Positions 9,918 to 19,422 of a stretch of DNA of 64,000 bases are shown here, piece by piece. Numbering within the stretch: position 1 is the first letter of the stretch; each line of letters begins with the position of its first letter. The translations under genes and the position numbers were made by a program. The notes below the pieces were generated by a model. It was not told where the DNA came from. It saw nothing but the letters and a program-made list of their open reading frames with translations, and did no database searches. Origin of the DNA: an uncultured Desulfarculus sp. (GTDB lineage: Bacteria; Desulfobacterota; Desulfarculia; Desulfarculales; Desulfarculaceae); NCBI GenBank assembly GCA_963665125.2, contig CAXXUK010000001.1:1408001-1472000 (forward strand), read 5' to 3'.

Positions 9918-10619
9918 TCAACCTTTCAATCTTGCCGACAGCCGCCGGGATATGAACTCCGAGGCCACCATGGCTCCAAGGGAAACCAACACTGCTATAA
10001 CGCACAGCCGCAGGGCCCCGGTCTCGCCGCCCGGCGTCTGTACGAATGAATACAGCGCCAGGGGCAAAGTGCGGGTCTGGCCCGGAATATTGGACACAAA
10101 GGTTATGGTGGCCCCGAACTCGCCCAGGCTGCGGGCAAAGGCCAGCACCGTGCCGGTGAGCAGACCGGGCAGGAGCAGAGGCAGCGACACCGTAAAGAAC
10201 ACCCGCAAGGGACCAGCCCCAAGGGTCCGCGCCGCCTGCTCCAAACCCTTGTCCAGGGCCTCCACCGAGAGACGAATGGAGCGGACCATCAGGGGAAAGG
10301 CCATCACCCCGGCCGCCACGGCCGCGCCCTTCCAGTTGAAGGCCACGGTTATGCCCAGGTATTCATATAGCCAGGCGCCCAGGGGGCCCTTGCGGCCCAG
10401 CAACAAGAGCAGCAGATAGCCCGTTACCACCGGCGGCAGGACCAACGGCAAATGGATCAGACCGTCCAGCAGGCTTTTGCCCGGAAAACGGCAGCGACCC
10501 AAGAGCCAGGCGGCGGCAATACCCAAAGGCAAAATACCGGCAACAGCCCAGAACGACACCCAAAGGCTCAGCTTTAGGGCCTCCAGTTCCGGATCTGTCA
10601 GTATCAGCCATTCGGGCAT
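9918..10619 (-). CDS. modB: Molybdate ABC transporter permease
   Basis: LPLVLPPVVTG, EQAARTLGA, FARSLGEFGAT. Confidence 0.96.
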   Translation of the reverse strand: MPEWLILTDPELEALKLSLWVSFWAVAGILPLGIAAAWLLGRCRFPGKSLLDGLIHLPLVLPPVVTGYLLLLLLGRKGPLGAWLYEYLGITVAFNWKGAAVAAGVMAFPLMVRSIRLSVEALDKGLEQAARTLGAGPLRVFFTVSLPLLLPGLLTGTVLAFARSLGEFGATITFVSNIPGQTRTLPLALYSFVQTPGGETGALRLCVIAVLVSLGAMVASEFISRRLSARLKG

Positions 10620-10631
10620 TGCATCCGCCTG

Positions 10632-11405
10632 TCAGTTGGTGCCGAAGCCATACCGTTCGAACACGGCCTTGGCCTCCGGGGAGGTCAGAAACTTGAGGAA
10701 CGCCCTGCCCTTTTCCGTGTCACGGCCGGCCACCAACGCGGCCGGATACACTATGGGGTCATGGCTTTCCGCCGGAAACACGGCGACAAGGCGCACCTTT
10801 TTGCTCACCGCCGCGTCGGTGGTGTAGACGATGCCAAGCGGGGCCTCGCCGATTTCCACCAGGGCCATGGCGGTGCGCACATTTGCCGCGGCGGCAATCT
10901 TGCCCGACACGCTGGGCCACAGGCCCAGGCTCACCAGGGCCTGTTTGCCGTAGATCCCTGCCGGGACATGATCCGGATCACCCATGGCCAGGCGGCCGTC
11001 GCCAATGGCCCGTACGAACTCCGCCTGGTCGGTCAAGTTCAGCTTGGTCAGTTTGCTGTCGGCCGAGGCGATGAGGCCCAGGCGGTTGTGCAACAGGTTG
11101 ATGCGGGTGCCTTCGGCGATTCCGCCGGCCTTCTCCAGATAATCGGTCCACTTGACGTTGGCCGAGATATAGACGTCGGCCGGAGCGCCCTGTTCGATCT
11201 GCTTGGCCAGGGTCGAAGACGAGGCGAACGAACAGACGACCTTTGCCCCGGTCTTTTCCTGGAATGTTTTGGCCAACTCGCCCACCGCGTCGGTGGTGGA
11301 GGCTGCGGCAAACACCAGCAGATCGTCAGCGGCCCTGGCAGGACCGCAAACGAACACGGCCGCCAGCAGGGCCAACATTACAATGATTTTTCTGAATATG
11401 CTCAT
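10632..11405 (-). CDS. modA: Molybdate ABC transporter periplasmic binding protein
   Basis: Signal peptide; FAAAS, FASSSTLAKQIEQGAPADVYISA, PDHVPAGIYG, GIVYTTDA. Confidence 0.96.
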   Translation of the reverse strand: MSIFRKIIVMLALLAAVFVCGPARAADDLLVFAAASTTDAVGELAKTFQEKTGAKVVCSFASSSTLAKQIEQGAPADVYISANVKWTDYLEKAGGIAEGTRINLLHNRLGLIASADSKLTKLNLTDQAEFVRAIGDGRLAMGDPDHVPAGIYGKQALVSLGLWPSVSGKIAAAANVRTAMALVEIGEAPLGIVYTTDAAVSKKVRLVAVFPAESHDPIVYPAALVAGRDTEKGRAFLKFLTSPEAKAVFERYGFGTN

Positions 11406-11407
11406 GA

Positions 11408-12229
11408 TCAAACCTCGCTTGGGGTCATTTCCCCGGTTTCACCAGCCCGGCAGCCCATGGCCGCCAGCAGCACGTAAACAACTATCCAGGCCAAATAGGC
11501 CGCGAAAAACACTTCTGTTAACGGATTGCCGGAAACGGCGATGATCGCCCCCACCGAACCATTGCTTTTATCCAGATAAAAGTCCGAAAGCGTCAGCCGC
11601 AGGCCCTCGATCTGCAGCGGCTCCAGGATGCGCATTTCGCCTGATTCCAGTTTTCTTCCGTCCCGCCAAAGGGATATCCCCGCCGTGTTGAGTTCCCGGT
11701 GGAAAGCCGTGGTGGTCTGGGCCCGCCGCCCCTGGCGGTAGGTCAGGTTCAAAAGGGAGTGATCGTCCACAAACGTGGCGGTGTCCAAGGTCAGGCTCAG
11801 GCCATCGGGCAACTCCACGCTCTGGCCGGGCAAAAGGCGCATGCTTTCGTCCTTGAAGCCCATGGTCATCTGGGAAAGGTGGCCCAACAGGATCACGATC
11901 ATCAGGGCATGGACCATGAACAGCAGCACGGTGTGGACTCTTTTTGCGTGCATCAACCTCGGCCAAAGCCTCGTGTAAGTGCAGGCGCCCAAATTCAGCA
12001 CCAGCAGACCGACCGAAGCGCACAGGGCGGCAAACCAGACGGCCAACGCCACCGGGCCCGCCCCGGCTGAAACGGCATCGATGAGCCAATCCAGGACCAG
12101 GCCCTTGTTCATGGAGGCCACGAGAGCGCTGGACAGCGGCACCTGGGCCAGGATCATGCCGATGAGCAGGCATAGCGCTATGGCGCCTAGGGCCCACAAA
12201 GTCAGGTTCAGTGATGATAGCATTTTCAT
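11408..12229 (-). CDS. ResB/CcsB-like membrane protein
   Basis: Three N-terminal TMs (LNLGACT; VHALMIVILLG His motif), a beta-rich soluble domain and a C-terminal TM. True start is likely ATG at 12229, with ATGA overlap to the upstream gene. Confidence 0.65.
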   Translation of the reverse strand: MKMLSSLNLTLWALGAIALCLLIGMILAQVPLSSALVASMNKGLVLDWLIDAVSAGAGPVALAVWFAALCASVGLLVLNLGACTYTRLWPRLMHAKRVHTVLLFMVHALMIVILLGHLSQMTMGFKDESMRLLPGQSVELPDGLSLTLDTATFVDDHSLLNLTYRQGRRAQTTTAFHRELNTAGISLWRDGRKLESGEMRILEPLQIEGLRLTLSDFYLDKSNGSVGAIIAVSGNPLTEVFFAAYLAWIVVYVLLAAMGCRAGETGEMTPSEV

Positions 12230-13104
12230 GATAAAAACGCCTCCGTAACCTGATGAACCAGATACGCCCCCGTGGCCAACAGGCCGGGCACGGAGTAGGC
12301 GATGCGCAGGACCTTGGTCTTGGCCGCCAAGGCTGGCGGCAAATGCAAAGCCGCGCTGGCCAGGATGAAAATCATCGTCGATTCCATGAAATTGCGGTTC
12401 CAGAGCCAGTAGTCGCCGCGCCAGGTCAGACACCAGTAAAACCCGCAGACCTCGCCCACCAGGAACAGGGCCGTGCCCAAAAGCAGCATGCGCCGGGAAC
12501 GGGCGGTTAACTCCCGCCTGTGGTCGGCCTTGATGTCACCCCTGGGCCAGGCAAGGGTGGCCAGGGCCGAAAACAGCAGAAAGGCCATGGCCATGCCCCG
12601 GCACAGAAAAAAGGCCCTGGACCAGCCGAACTGATAGACGAACCAGTCCGGATTTACCTGGCGGGGCACCCAGGTCAACAGCGAGAGGATAAGAGCGGCG
12701 GCGCCAAATCCCCAGGCGGGCAAGGCAAGGTCGTTGCTGATGCGGCAGCGGCCGGCGCGCCAGGATAAAAACGACAGCACGGCAGCCATGAGACAGATTG
12801 ACTCATAGGCCCCGGACAGGGGCGGCCTGCCGATGCGCAGGCTGATAACCCCCAACAGGCCGAAACCAAGTGCCAGCGTTGCCACGGAGGCCGGTTTGTA
12901 GGCTCTGTCCTTGTTCAAACCGGCTAAAATTGATGTTATTACTGAAAGAGCGAAAAATGCCCAATAGAGTAGGTTTTCCAGCCGAACCAGGTCCATGCCG
13001 CCCAAATCCAGGGATACGGGCGGCATGGCAATGGCCAAGCCGAGACAACCCAATAGGGGCACGTACCAAGTCAGGTTCCGGTGGTTTGCAGAATTAACGT
13101 GCAT
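12226..13104 (-). CDS. CcsA/ResC-like heme-handling (WWD) membrane protein, atypical
   Basis: GRPPLSGAYES, Trp-rich GFYWCLTWRGDYWLWNRNF (WWD-like), AALH. Confidence 0.7.
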   Translation of the reverse strand: MHVNSANHRNLTWYVPLLGCLGLAIAMPPVSLDLGGMDLVRLENLLYWAFFALSVITSILAGLNKDRAYKPASVATLALGFGLLGVISLRIGRPPLSGAYESICLMAAVLSFLSWRAGRCRISNDLALPAWGFGAAALILSLLTWVPRQVNPDWFVYQFGWSRAFFLCRGMAMAFLLFSALATLAWPRGDIKADHRRELTARSRRMLLLGTALFLVGEVCGFYWCLTWRGDYWLWNRNFMESTMIFILASAALHLPPALAAKTKVLRIAYSVPGLLATGAYLVHQVTEAFLS

Positions 13105-13225
13105 GGTAGATGCCTTTCACAGACAGTTGGTTTTGTCAGGGCTCTCGGGCAGCCCATGGAGTCAGCGTATCCCGCGCAATTGCGGTTTTGGCGGCCAAGA
13201 CGGAATTTATCAACACTTGGCCAAT

Positions 13226-13245
13226 ATATGCTAAAATTAACATAT
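13226..13245. promoter_or_regulatory. Imperfect 20-bp palindrome ATATGCTAAAATTAACATAT, candidate operator for the ccs-mod operon
   Basis: 8 of 10 positions pair; lies in the AT-rich gap between nifB and the ccsA-like gene. Confidence 0.4.
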
Positions 13246-13359
13246 CAGATACAGTTTTTTCCGCCTTGTCATCCGCCACAGCCGAATCTCCGATGATTGA
13301 CCAAGTAACATTCTGAAATAGCAAAACATATCTCTTAACCAACATCTGTCTCCACAGGC

Positions 13360-14637
13360 TCACATACAGCCCATGCCGCCACCCTGGCCCATGGCCGCCG
13401 CGCAGCAGGCCTTGCCCTTGCGCACCCGCATGGCCGACAGATCGTCGCCGGCGTAGATGGCCCGTAGGGCTTCTTCAATAAAGCCACTCATTTCCAAGGG
13501 TTCAATGCCGTGCTCCATCAATATTGACCGCGGGGTGTCACCAACTCCGCTTACCAAGACATGGCGGCAGTCCGAGAGCAGCTCGGCCAACTTATCCCAG
13601 CGCAGGTTGCCGTCACCGGCCGACGGAGCCGTGCGGGTCTCGACATGGCCAAAGCCTCCGGCAACCGGGCCCCAGATCTGAAATTCGGTAGCCTGTCCCA
13701 GGTGCAGGTTGACCAGGGCGCCTTCCCGGCTGGCAACCGCCACGTAGGGCCGGGCGACGTCCTTTGGCTCGGGAATGGTGGAACAGGCCGACAGGCAGCC
13801 AGCCATTTCGCCTGACATGTCCTGGCCCAATAGACCCACTGCGTCGGCCCGGCAGCGGGTGCAATGGGTCATCTGGTTGATATGGTCGGAGCAAACGCCC
13901 CGCAGGCTCTGCATCAACGGGCGGCTTGGCTCGTTGATCTCGGCAAAGGGCGTATTGGGCGTGGGGTACATGGGCATCAGGTTCATCAGGTCCGCGCCCA
14001 GGTCTGCCGCCCAACTGGCCACCTCGTTCACCAGGTCGTCATTGATACCGGGGATGACGATAGTGTTGATCTTGACGATTATGCCCCGCTCCTTGAGTCC
14101 GGCCACGGCCTGGGTCTGCCGCTCCAGCAGCAGCGCCGCCGCCTCACGGCCCCGATAGGCCACCTTGCCGTCCTTGACATAGGCGTAGATCTTGGCCCCC
14201 ACGTTGGGGTCCACCGTATTGACGGTGATGGTCATGTGGGTGACGCCGACATCGGCCAAGTCGTCCAGATGCTCCGGAACGCCCAGGCCATTGGACGACA
14301 GGCAAAGCAGCATGCCCGGGAAACGCTCCTTGATCAGCCGTATGGTCTGCAAGGTCTTTTCAGCGTTGGCCATAGGATCTCCGGGCCCGGCTATGCCGGC
14401 CACGCTGATGCGGGGCTCGGCCTCCAGGACCCGGGTCATGTACGCCGCAGCCTGGTGCGGCGACAACACCGCGCTGGCCACGCCGGGCCGCGATTCGTTG
14501 ACGCAGTCGTACTTGCGGTCGCAGTAGTTGCACTTGATGTTGCAGGCCGGGGCCACGGGCAGATGCACCCGTCCATGGCTGCCCTTGGCCGCCTTGTTGA
14601 AACAGGGATGGTTTTCGCTGATGGAATCGATCTTCAT
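13360..14637 (-). CDS. nifB: Nitrogenase cofactor biosynthesis radical SAM protein with C-terminal NifX-like domain
   Basis: HPC, CNIKCNYC, ESRPG, AGPGDP, TVN and CTRCRADAVG motifs. Confidence 0.97.
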   Translation of the reverse strand: MKIDSISENHPCFNKAAKGSHGRVHLPVAPACNIKCNYCDRKYDCVNESRPGVASAVLSPHQAAAYMTRVLEAEPRISVAGIAGPGDPMANAEKTLQTIRLIKERFPGMLLCLSSNGLGVPEHLDDLADVGVTHMTITVNTVDPNVGAKIYAYVKDGKVAYRGREAAALLLERQTQAVAGLKERGIIVKINTIVIPGINDDLVNEVASWAADLGADLMNLMPMYPTPNTPFAEINEPSRPLMQSLRGVCSDHINQMTHCTRCRADAVGLLGQDMSGEMAGCLSACSTIPEPKDVARPYVAVASREGALVNLHLGQATEFQIWGPVAGGFGHVETRTAPSAGDGNLRWDKLAELLSDCRHVLVSGVGDTPRSILMEHGIEPLEMSGFIEEALRAIYAGDDLSAMRVRKGKACCAAAMGQGGGMGCM

Positions 14638-14647
14638 GATATTTCCC

Positions 14648-16024
14648 CTAGATGTATCCGTAGCCCACGGATGAGTCGCTCTGCTTCTTGGTTATCAATG
14701 CGTTGACGACGCGGTCGTAAAGTTCCTGGGCGCCGCGATAGCCCAAATGGTTCAGGCGCTGGCCGCCGAAGCGGTCGTGGATGGGGAAGCCCACCCGCAC
14801 CAGGGGCACGTCCAGCTCACGGCTGATGCGGTAGCCCTTGGAGTTGCCAACCATCAGATCTGGCTTGAGTTCACGGGCCAGTTCGGCGATGCGGTAGAAA
14901 TCCACCCCCGGCTCGGCCAACACCGGCTGGCGCACCAGGCCATCGGTGACCTTTTCGATCTTTTCTCGGAAGCCCGGCGTCCGGGCCCCGCTGGCGCATA
15001 TAACGGGCTGCACGCCGATCTCGGCCATGAACGCGGCCAGTCCTATTACCAGGTCCTGCTCGCCGTAGACCACGGCCTTGGCGCCGGAGACGTACTTGTG
15101 GCCGTCGACCATGGCGTCCAGCAGGCGGCCCCGCTCGTCGGCAAAGCGCTTGGGAATGTCTGAGTCGGCCAAATCGGCAAAGGCGTCGAACATGGCGTCG
15201 CTGTGGCGCAAGCCGATGGGCAGCCCCAGGGAAACAAGGGGCACCCCGCAACGGGTCTGGAGATCCTCTCCGGCGGCCCGGCTATCCGGCGTCCAGCCCA
15301 TGGTCAGGCTGGCCGCCGCGCCGCCCATCCTCCTGATAGCCGCCAGGGGCGTCCCCCCGTCGGGCAAAATTTCGTATCCGGCGCTGACCGGCGCGTCCAG
15401 GGGCCGGGAATAGTCCGGCAGCAAGGTGGCCTCCAAGCCAAAACTCTCGGCAATGTCGTACAGGTGGCGGATATCAGCCGGACTGACCATGCCGGGCAGG
15501 ATATTGACCCCCCGGTGCCGGGCTGTGGGCTGGGCCATCTGGGCCACGGTTGCCTTGACCGCCGCGTGGAAACCTTCCATATGGGTGGCTGCGTAGGACG
15601 GCGTGGAAGCATGGATCAGATTCGGCATCTCGCCGCACGAACCCTCCAGGACGGCCTCCTTCAAAAACTCTTTGACTATGGCCGGGACGTTGTCGCCGAT
15701 GGTCTCGGTCAGACATGTGGTGGCGATGCCCACGGCCTTGGCCTGGTACTTGTTGATCACATTGACCAGGCCCTGCTTTAGGTTGGGCCCGCCGCCGAAC
15801 ACGGCCTCGCTCTCGCCAAGGGCGCTGCTGGCGATATCCACAGGCTCCCGGAAATGGCTGATCAGGTAGCGCCGCATATAGGTGGCGCAACCCTGGGAAC
15901 CGTGCAGGAACGGCACGCAGCCCTCGATACCCTTGAAGGCGATGCAGGCGCCCAGGGGCATGCAGGCCTTGCAGGCGTTGGTGCTGGAAACATATTCGCG
16001 CTTTTTAGCGGTGTTGGTCTTCAT
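14648..16024 (-). CDS. nifN: FeMo-cofactor scaffold subunit NifN
   Basis: CKACMPLGA, HGSQGCATY, TTCLTETIGD, GFPIHDR; ATGA overlap with nifE. Confidence 0.92.
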   Translation of the reverse strand: MKTNTAKKREYVSSTNACKACMPLGACIAFKGIEGCVPFLHGSQGCATYMRRYLISHFREPVDIASSALGESEAVFGGGPNLKQGLVNVINKYQAKAVGIATTCLTETIGDNVPAIVKEFLKEAVLEGSCGEMPNLIHASTPSYAATHMEGFHAAVKATVAQMAQPTARHRGVNILPGMVSPADIRHLYDIAESFGLEATLLPDYSRPLDAPVSAGYEILPDGGTPLAAIRRMGGAAASLTMGWTPDSRAAGEDLQTRCGVPLVSLGLPIGLRHSDAMFDAFADLADSDIPKRFADERGRLLDAMVDGHKYVSGAKAVVYGEQDLVIGLAAFMAEIGVQPVICASGARTPGFREKIEKVTDGLVRQPVLAEPGVDFYRIAELARELKPDLMVGNSKGYRISRELDVPLVRVGFPIHDRFGGQRLNHLGYRGAQELYDRVVNALITKKQSDSSVGYGYI

Positions 16025-17388
16025 GCCGCCACCTCCAGGTTGGCCTTGGCTCTGCGGGGTGTGAACCGCCACACCGGACTCATGGCCGTTGCGTGGATCT
16101 CCTCGGCAAAGTTGAGCATGCCCACGAAACCCTCCAGGGCAAGCTTGCGCTCGTGGTTATGGTCGCAAAACCCGATGCCCAGCTTGAAGGCGATGGGCCG
16201 TTCCTTGACCCCGCCCACAAAGACATCCACGTCCTTTTCAACCAGATAATTCATCAATTCCAGGGGATTGGCGTCATCTATGATTACCGTGCCCGGTTCA
16301 CAGATGGCGGCCAACTCCTCGTAGTCTTCCTGGGTGCCGGTCTGAGACCCGGCCAGAACCACCTTCATGCCCAGCAGGCGGAACGACTTGATCAGGCTGA
16401 AGGCCTTGAACGCGCCGCCCACGTACAGGGCCGCCTTCTTGCCCTCCAGGTCCTTGCGCAACTCCATCAGCCGGGGATAGATGGCCCCCAGTTCCTCGCG
16501 GACCAGGGCCTTGGCCTTTTCCATAGCCGATTCGCTCTTGAAGAAATCGGCCACGTCGTAGAGGGCCTGGGCCATGTCGTCGGCGCCAAGGTAGCTGACC
16601 CGCATGAAGGGAATGCCGTAGGCCTCGCGCATCATCTTGGCCAGTTCCATGGTCGAGCCCGAGCACTGCACCAGGTTCAACGCCGCGCCGTGGGAGCGCC
16701 GCACATCGGCCACCCGGCCGTCGCCGGTGATGTTGGCCACCACGGTGACGCCCATCTTCTCCAGGTATTCCCGGATGATCCAGATCTCGCCGGCCAGGTT
16801 GAAGTCGCCCAGCAGGTTCACCGACATCTCGGGGATGCCCTTGGTTGGGCCGCTGCCAACCAGCTGGAACAAGGCGTTGCAGGCTGCGTAGTAGCCCGCG
16901 CGCTTGTTGCCCTTGAAGCCCTCGCTCATCACCGGGATCACCGGGATGCCGTACTTTTCATGGGCCTTGTTGCACACGGCCTGGATGTCGTCGCCGATAA
17001 GGCCCACCATGCAGGTGCTGTAGACGAACGCCGCCTTGGGCTTGTGCCTGGGAATCAGTTCGTCCAGGGCCCGGGTCAGCTTGCCCTCGCCGCCGAAGAT
17101 CACGTCGGTCTCGCCCAGGTCGGTGCAGAAGCTGTAGCGGTGCAGCTCCGGCCCGGAGGACAACGCGCCCCGGATGTCCCAGGTGTAGGAGGCGCAGCCA
17201 ATGGGCCCGTGGATCAGGTGCAGGGCGTCGGCAATGGGATAGAGCACGACCCGGGAGCCGCAGAAAACGCAGGCCCGCTGGCTCACCGCTCCGGCCAGGC
17301 TCTGCTTGTCGCAGCTGATGCGGAAGGGCTTGTCGCCGCCCGTTTCACAAATCTGGTCCGTGCGTTCATCGAAAATTACCTGGGCCAT
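16021..17388 (-). CDS. nifE: FeMo-cofactor scaffold subunit NifE
   Basis: QRACVFCGS, HGPIGC, STCMVGLIGDD, VQCSGS, DHNHER; start chosen from the GAGGAG SD. Confidence 0.95.
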   Translation of the reverse strand: MAQVIFDERTDQICETGGDKPFRISCDKQSLAGAVSQRACVFCGSRVVLYPIADALHLIHGPIGCASYTWDIRGALSSGPELHRYSFCTDLGETDVIFGGEGKLTRALDELIPRHKPKAAFVYSTCMVGLIGDDIQAVCNKAHEKYGIPVIPVMSEGFKGNKRAGYYAACNALFQLVGSGPTKGIPEMSVNLLGDFNLAGEIWIIREYLEKMGVTVVANITGDGRVADVRRSHGAALNLVQCSGSTMELAKMMREAYGIPFMRVSYLGADDMAQALYDVADFFKSESAMEKAKALVREELGAIYPRLMELRKDLEGKKAALYVGGAFKAFSLIKSFRLLGMKVVLAGSQTGTQEDYEELAAICEPGTVIIDDANPLELMNYLVEKDVDVFVGGVKERPIAFKLGIGFCDHNHERKLALEGFVGMLNFAEEIHATAMSPVWRFTPRRAKANLEVAA

Positions 17389-17858
17389 GATGTCTCCTCG
17401 CCACTGTCCCGGAGTCTCAGGCAGATCAGCCGGGTCTTGCTCCATCCAAGGTGTTCATAAAAGGCCAATGCGGGTTTGTTGTCCCGGTCGGCCAGCAATT
17501 GCAGCCGGGCCGCCCCTTGCTCGCGGGCCCAGTGGATCACTCCCCTGAGCAGCATTTTGCCGATGCCGAACCCGCGCCAGCGGCTGTCCACGATGACATC
17601 TTCCACCAGCACCGACGGCCCGCCCTCGGCCGTGGAGACCACAACCTGGCCCGAACACATGCCCACCACCCGGCCCGCGGCCTCGGCCACCAACAGCCTG
17701 GCGCCATCCCTGGCCACCATCATCTTCAATCCCTTGATCTGCCGCTGGCGGTCGAAGTAGAAGTCAGTCTCCAGCGAGAACAACTCTTCCAACAAAGCGC
17801 ACATGAGATTCAAGTCACCGTGGTTGGCGCGTCGGATGGTCACCGGCTGGGTGGTCAT
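17376..17858 (-). CDS. GNAT family N-acetyltransferase
   Basis: EDVIVDSRWRGFGIGK acetyl-CoA motif; NKPALAFYEHLGW. Confidence 0.9.
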   Translation of the reverse strand: MTTQPVTIRRANHGDLNLMCALLEELFSLETDFYFDRQRQIKGLKMMVARDGARLLVAEAAGRVVGMCSGQVVVSTAEGGPSVLVEDVIVDSRWRGFGIGKMLLRGVIHWAREQGAARLQLLADRDNKPALAFYEHLGWSKTRLICLRLRDSGEETSWPR

Positions 17859-17870
17859 GGCACTCTTCCT

Positions 17871-18173
17871 TTAAGAGATCAGGTATTCGGCCGGAGGCTC
17901 GCCGTCCTCCAGGCCATCCAAAATCGCATCAATGGCCGCTTCGGAATCCACTCCCTTGAACCACCAGTTTTGCGGCTGCACCACCATGGCCGGACCGTTC
18001 TCGCACTGTTTGAGACAGCCGGTGGCCGTTACCTGGCAATCCAGGCCGCGGTCCAGGATTTCCTCTTCCAGGTACTGCAAAAATCCGTCGGTCTTTTTGT
18101 GGCAGATGCCCTTGGGCTCTCCATTGACCCGGAAGCTCTGGCAAACAAGTATCTGACTCGCGGGGATGCCCAT
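17871..18173 (-). CDS. Thioredoxin-like [2Fe-2S] ferredoxin
   Basis: LVC...GICH...TGCLKQCENGP...WW pattern, 100 aa. Confidence 0.9.
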   Translation of the reverse strand: MGIPASQILVCQSFRVNGEPKGICHKKTDGFLQYLEEEILDRGLDCQVTATGCLKQCENGPAMVVQPQNWWFKGVDSEAAIDAILDGLEDGEPPAEYLIS

Positions 18174-18224
18174 CTTAAAACTCCATAATCGTTATTATTT
18201 CAATCTGTTCTGTGTTGGCGGCGG

Positions 18225-19385
18225 CTACTTCTTGCCGCCCTTTTTCTTGCCGCAGTAGAGCACGTCCACCAGGCCTTCGACATTGCCTTCCTGGGTCAGC
18301 ACGGCCAGGCCTTTTTCGCTTAGGCTTCGCTTGGGGGCCTCGCCGGCGGCGGCTGTCAACACGGCGAAACAGTCGCTCAAGATCATCGCTGTTTGTTGCC
18401 AGCGGGCTTCGCCATGGCCCGCGTCCGAGGCAGGACGGGTCTCCAGTAGCACCACCGGTCCGTCCTTGGGACCATAGATCAGGAACTGAACGGTCTGGCC
18501 GAGGTGCAGGTCGACCTCAAAGCCGTCGGAACTGCACACCGCCAGATTGGGACTCTTTTCGTCCGGCTTGGGCAGGACGCTGCCGGTCGCACCCGCGTCA
18601 CCTGTCTGGAATTCAATGACATCGCGGCAGGAAACCACGTCCATGTACTTGGCCGGCAGATGCTTTGACGCCAACAGGGCCAGATCTTCCATTTCCGCCG
18701 GTTCGGCATGCTCAATGGGCAGCGGATGGTTGTCGCCCTTGGGTTCGAAGGAGAACAACTTCATCTCGCTGGCTCCCAACTCGGCGGCTATATCGGCGAT
18801 ATCTTCCACATGCCGGGAATTGACGCCCGGATAGACCGTTGTCTTGACCTGCACCTCGATGCCTTCGGCGGCAAGGGCCTTGATGGCCGAGGCCTGTTGG
18901 GCGATGAGAATCTGGGTGGATTCCTCAAGGGGCAGGGTCTTCTTGCCGGGCCTGATCCAGGCGTATATCTTGGCCGCGATCCTGGGGTTGACGGCATCCA
19001 TGAGAATGGACACATGGGCCAGGCCGAACTTGGCCAGCTCGGCGGCAAACTTGTCGGCCCCCAGGCCCAGGGTCGTCAAGCAGATGGACAAATCGGGGTA
19101 CGTGACGCGCAGCAGGCCCAATGTCTGGAGTGTCAACTCCGGCGTGGCCAAGGGATCGCCGGGACCGTTGAGATTGGCGACCCTGATTTTTTCGCCTTCG
19201 TCGGCCAGGTAGGCCAGCCAAGCCAGGGCCTGGTCCGGCGCCAGAGCCCTGGGCAGCGGCTGTTCCGGACTGAACCGGACCCGTGCCTGCGCTATCGGGG
19301 CTATGGGCAGGTGCACCCGGCCGCTGGCCCGGCGGCTACCCGCGCAATAGTCTTTTGCCGATTCGTGGCTGATTATCTTGCTCAT
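18225..19385 (-). CDS. NifB-like paralog lacking Fe-S cysteines, with NifX-like C-terminal domain
   Basis: Colinear with NifB in this window (GRVHLPIAP, GPGDPLA, AAKIYAWI, DLHLGQ, DC) but has no CxxxCxxC. Confidence 0.85.
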   Translation of the reverse strand: MSKIISHESAKDYCAGSRRASGRVHLPIAPIAQARVRFSPEQPLPRALAPDQALAWLAYLADEGEKIRVANLNGPGDPLATPELTLQTLGLLRVTYPDLSICLTTLGLGADKFAAELAKFGLAHVSILMDAVNPRIAAKIYAWIRPGKKTLPLEESTQILIAQQASAIKALAAEGIEVQVKTTVYPGVNSRHVEDIADIAAELGASEMKLFSFEPKGDNHPLPIEHAEPAEMEDLALLASKHLPAKYMDVVSCRDVIEFQTGDAGATGSVLPKPDEKSPNLAVCSSDGFEVDLHLGQTVQFLIYGPKDGPVVLLETRPASDAGHGEARWQQTAMILSDCFAVLTAAAGEAPKRSLSEKGLAVLTQEGNVEGLVDVLYCGKKKGGKK

Positions 19386-19422
19386 GGCTTTATCCGCCTG
19401 GAATGAGTATCAATTTCGTTCA

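Noticed and set aside
12230..12433. N-terminal extension of the 341-aa ResB-like ORF
   Set aside because: It overlaps the ccsA-like gene; ATG 12229 has a GGAGG SD and an ATGA coupling.
13136..13363. 75-aa ORF between nifB and the ccsA-like gene
   Set aside because: AT-rich, no recognisable motif, and it overlaps a likely regulatory region.
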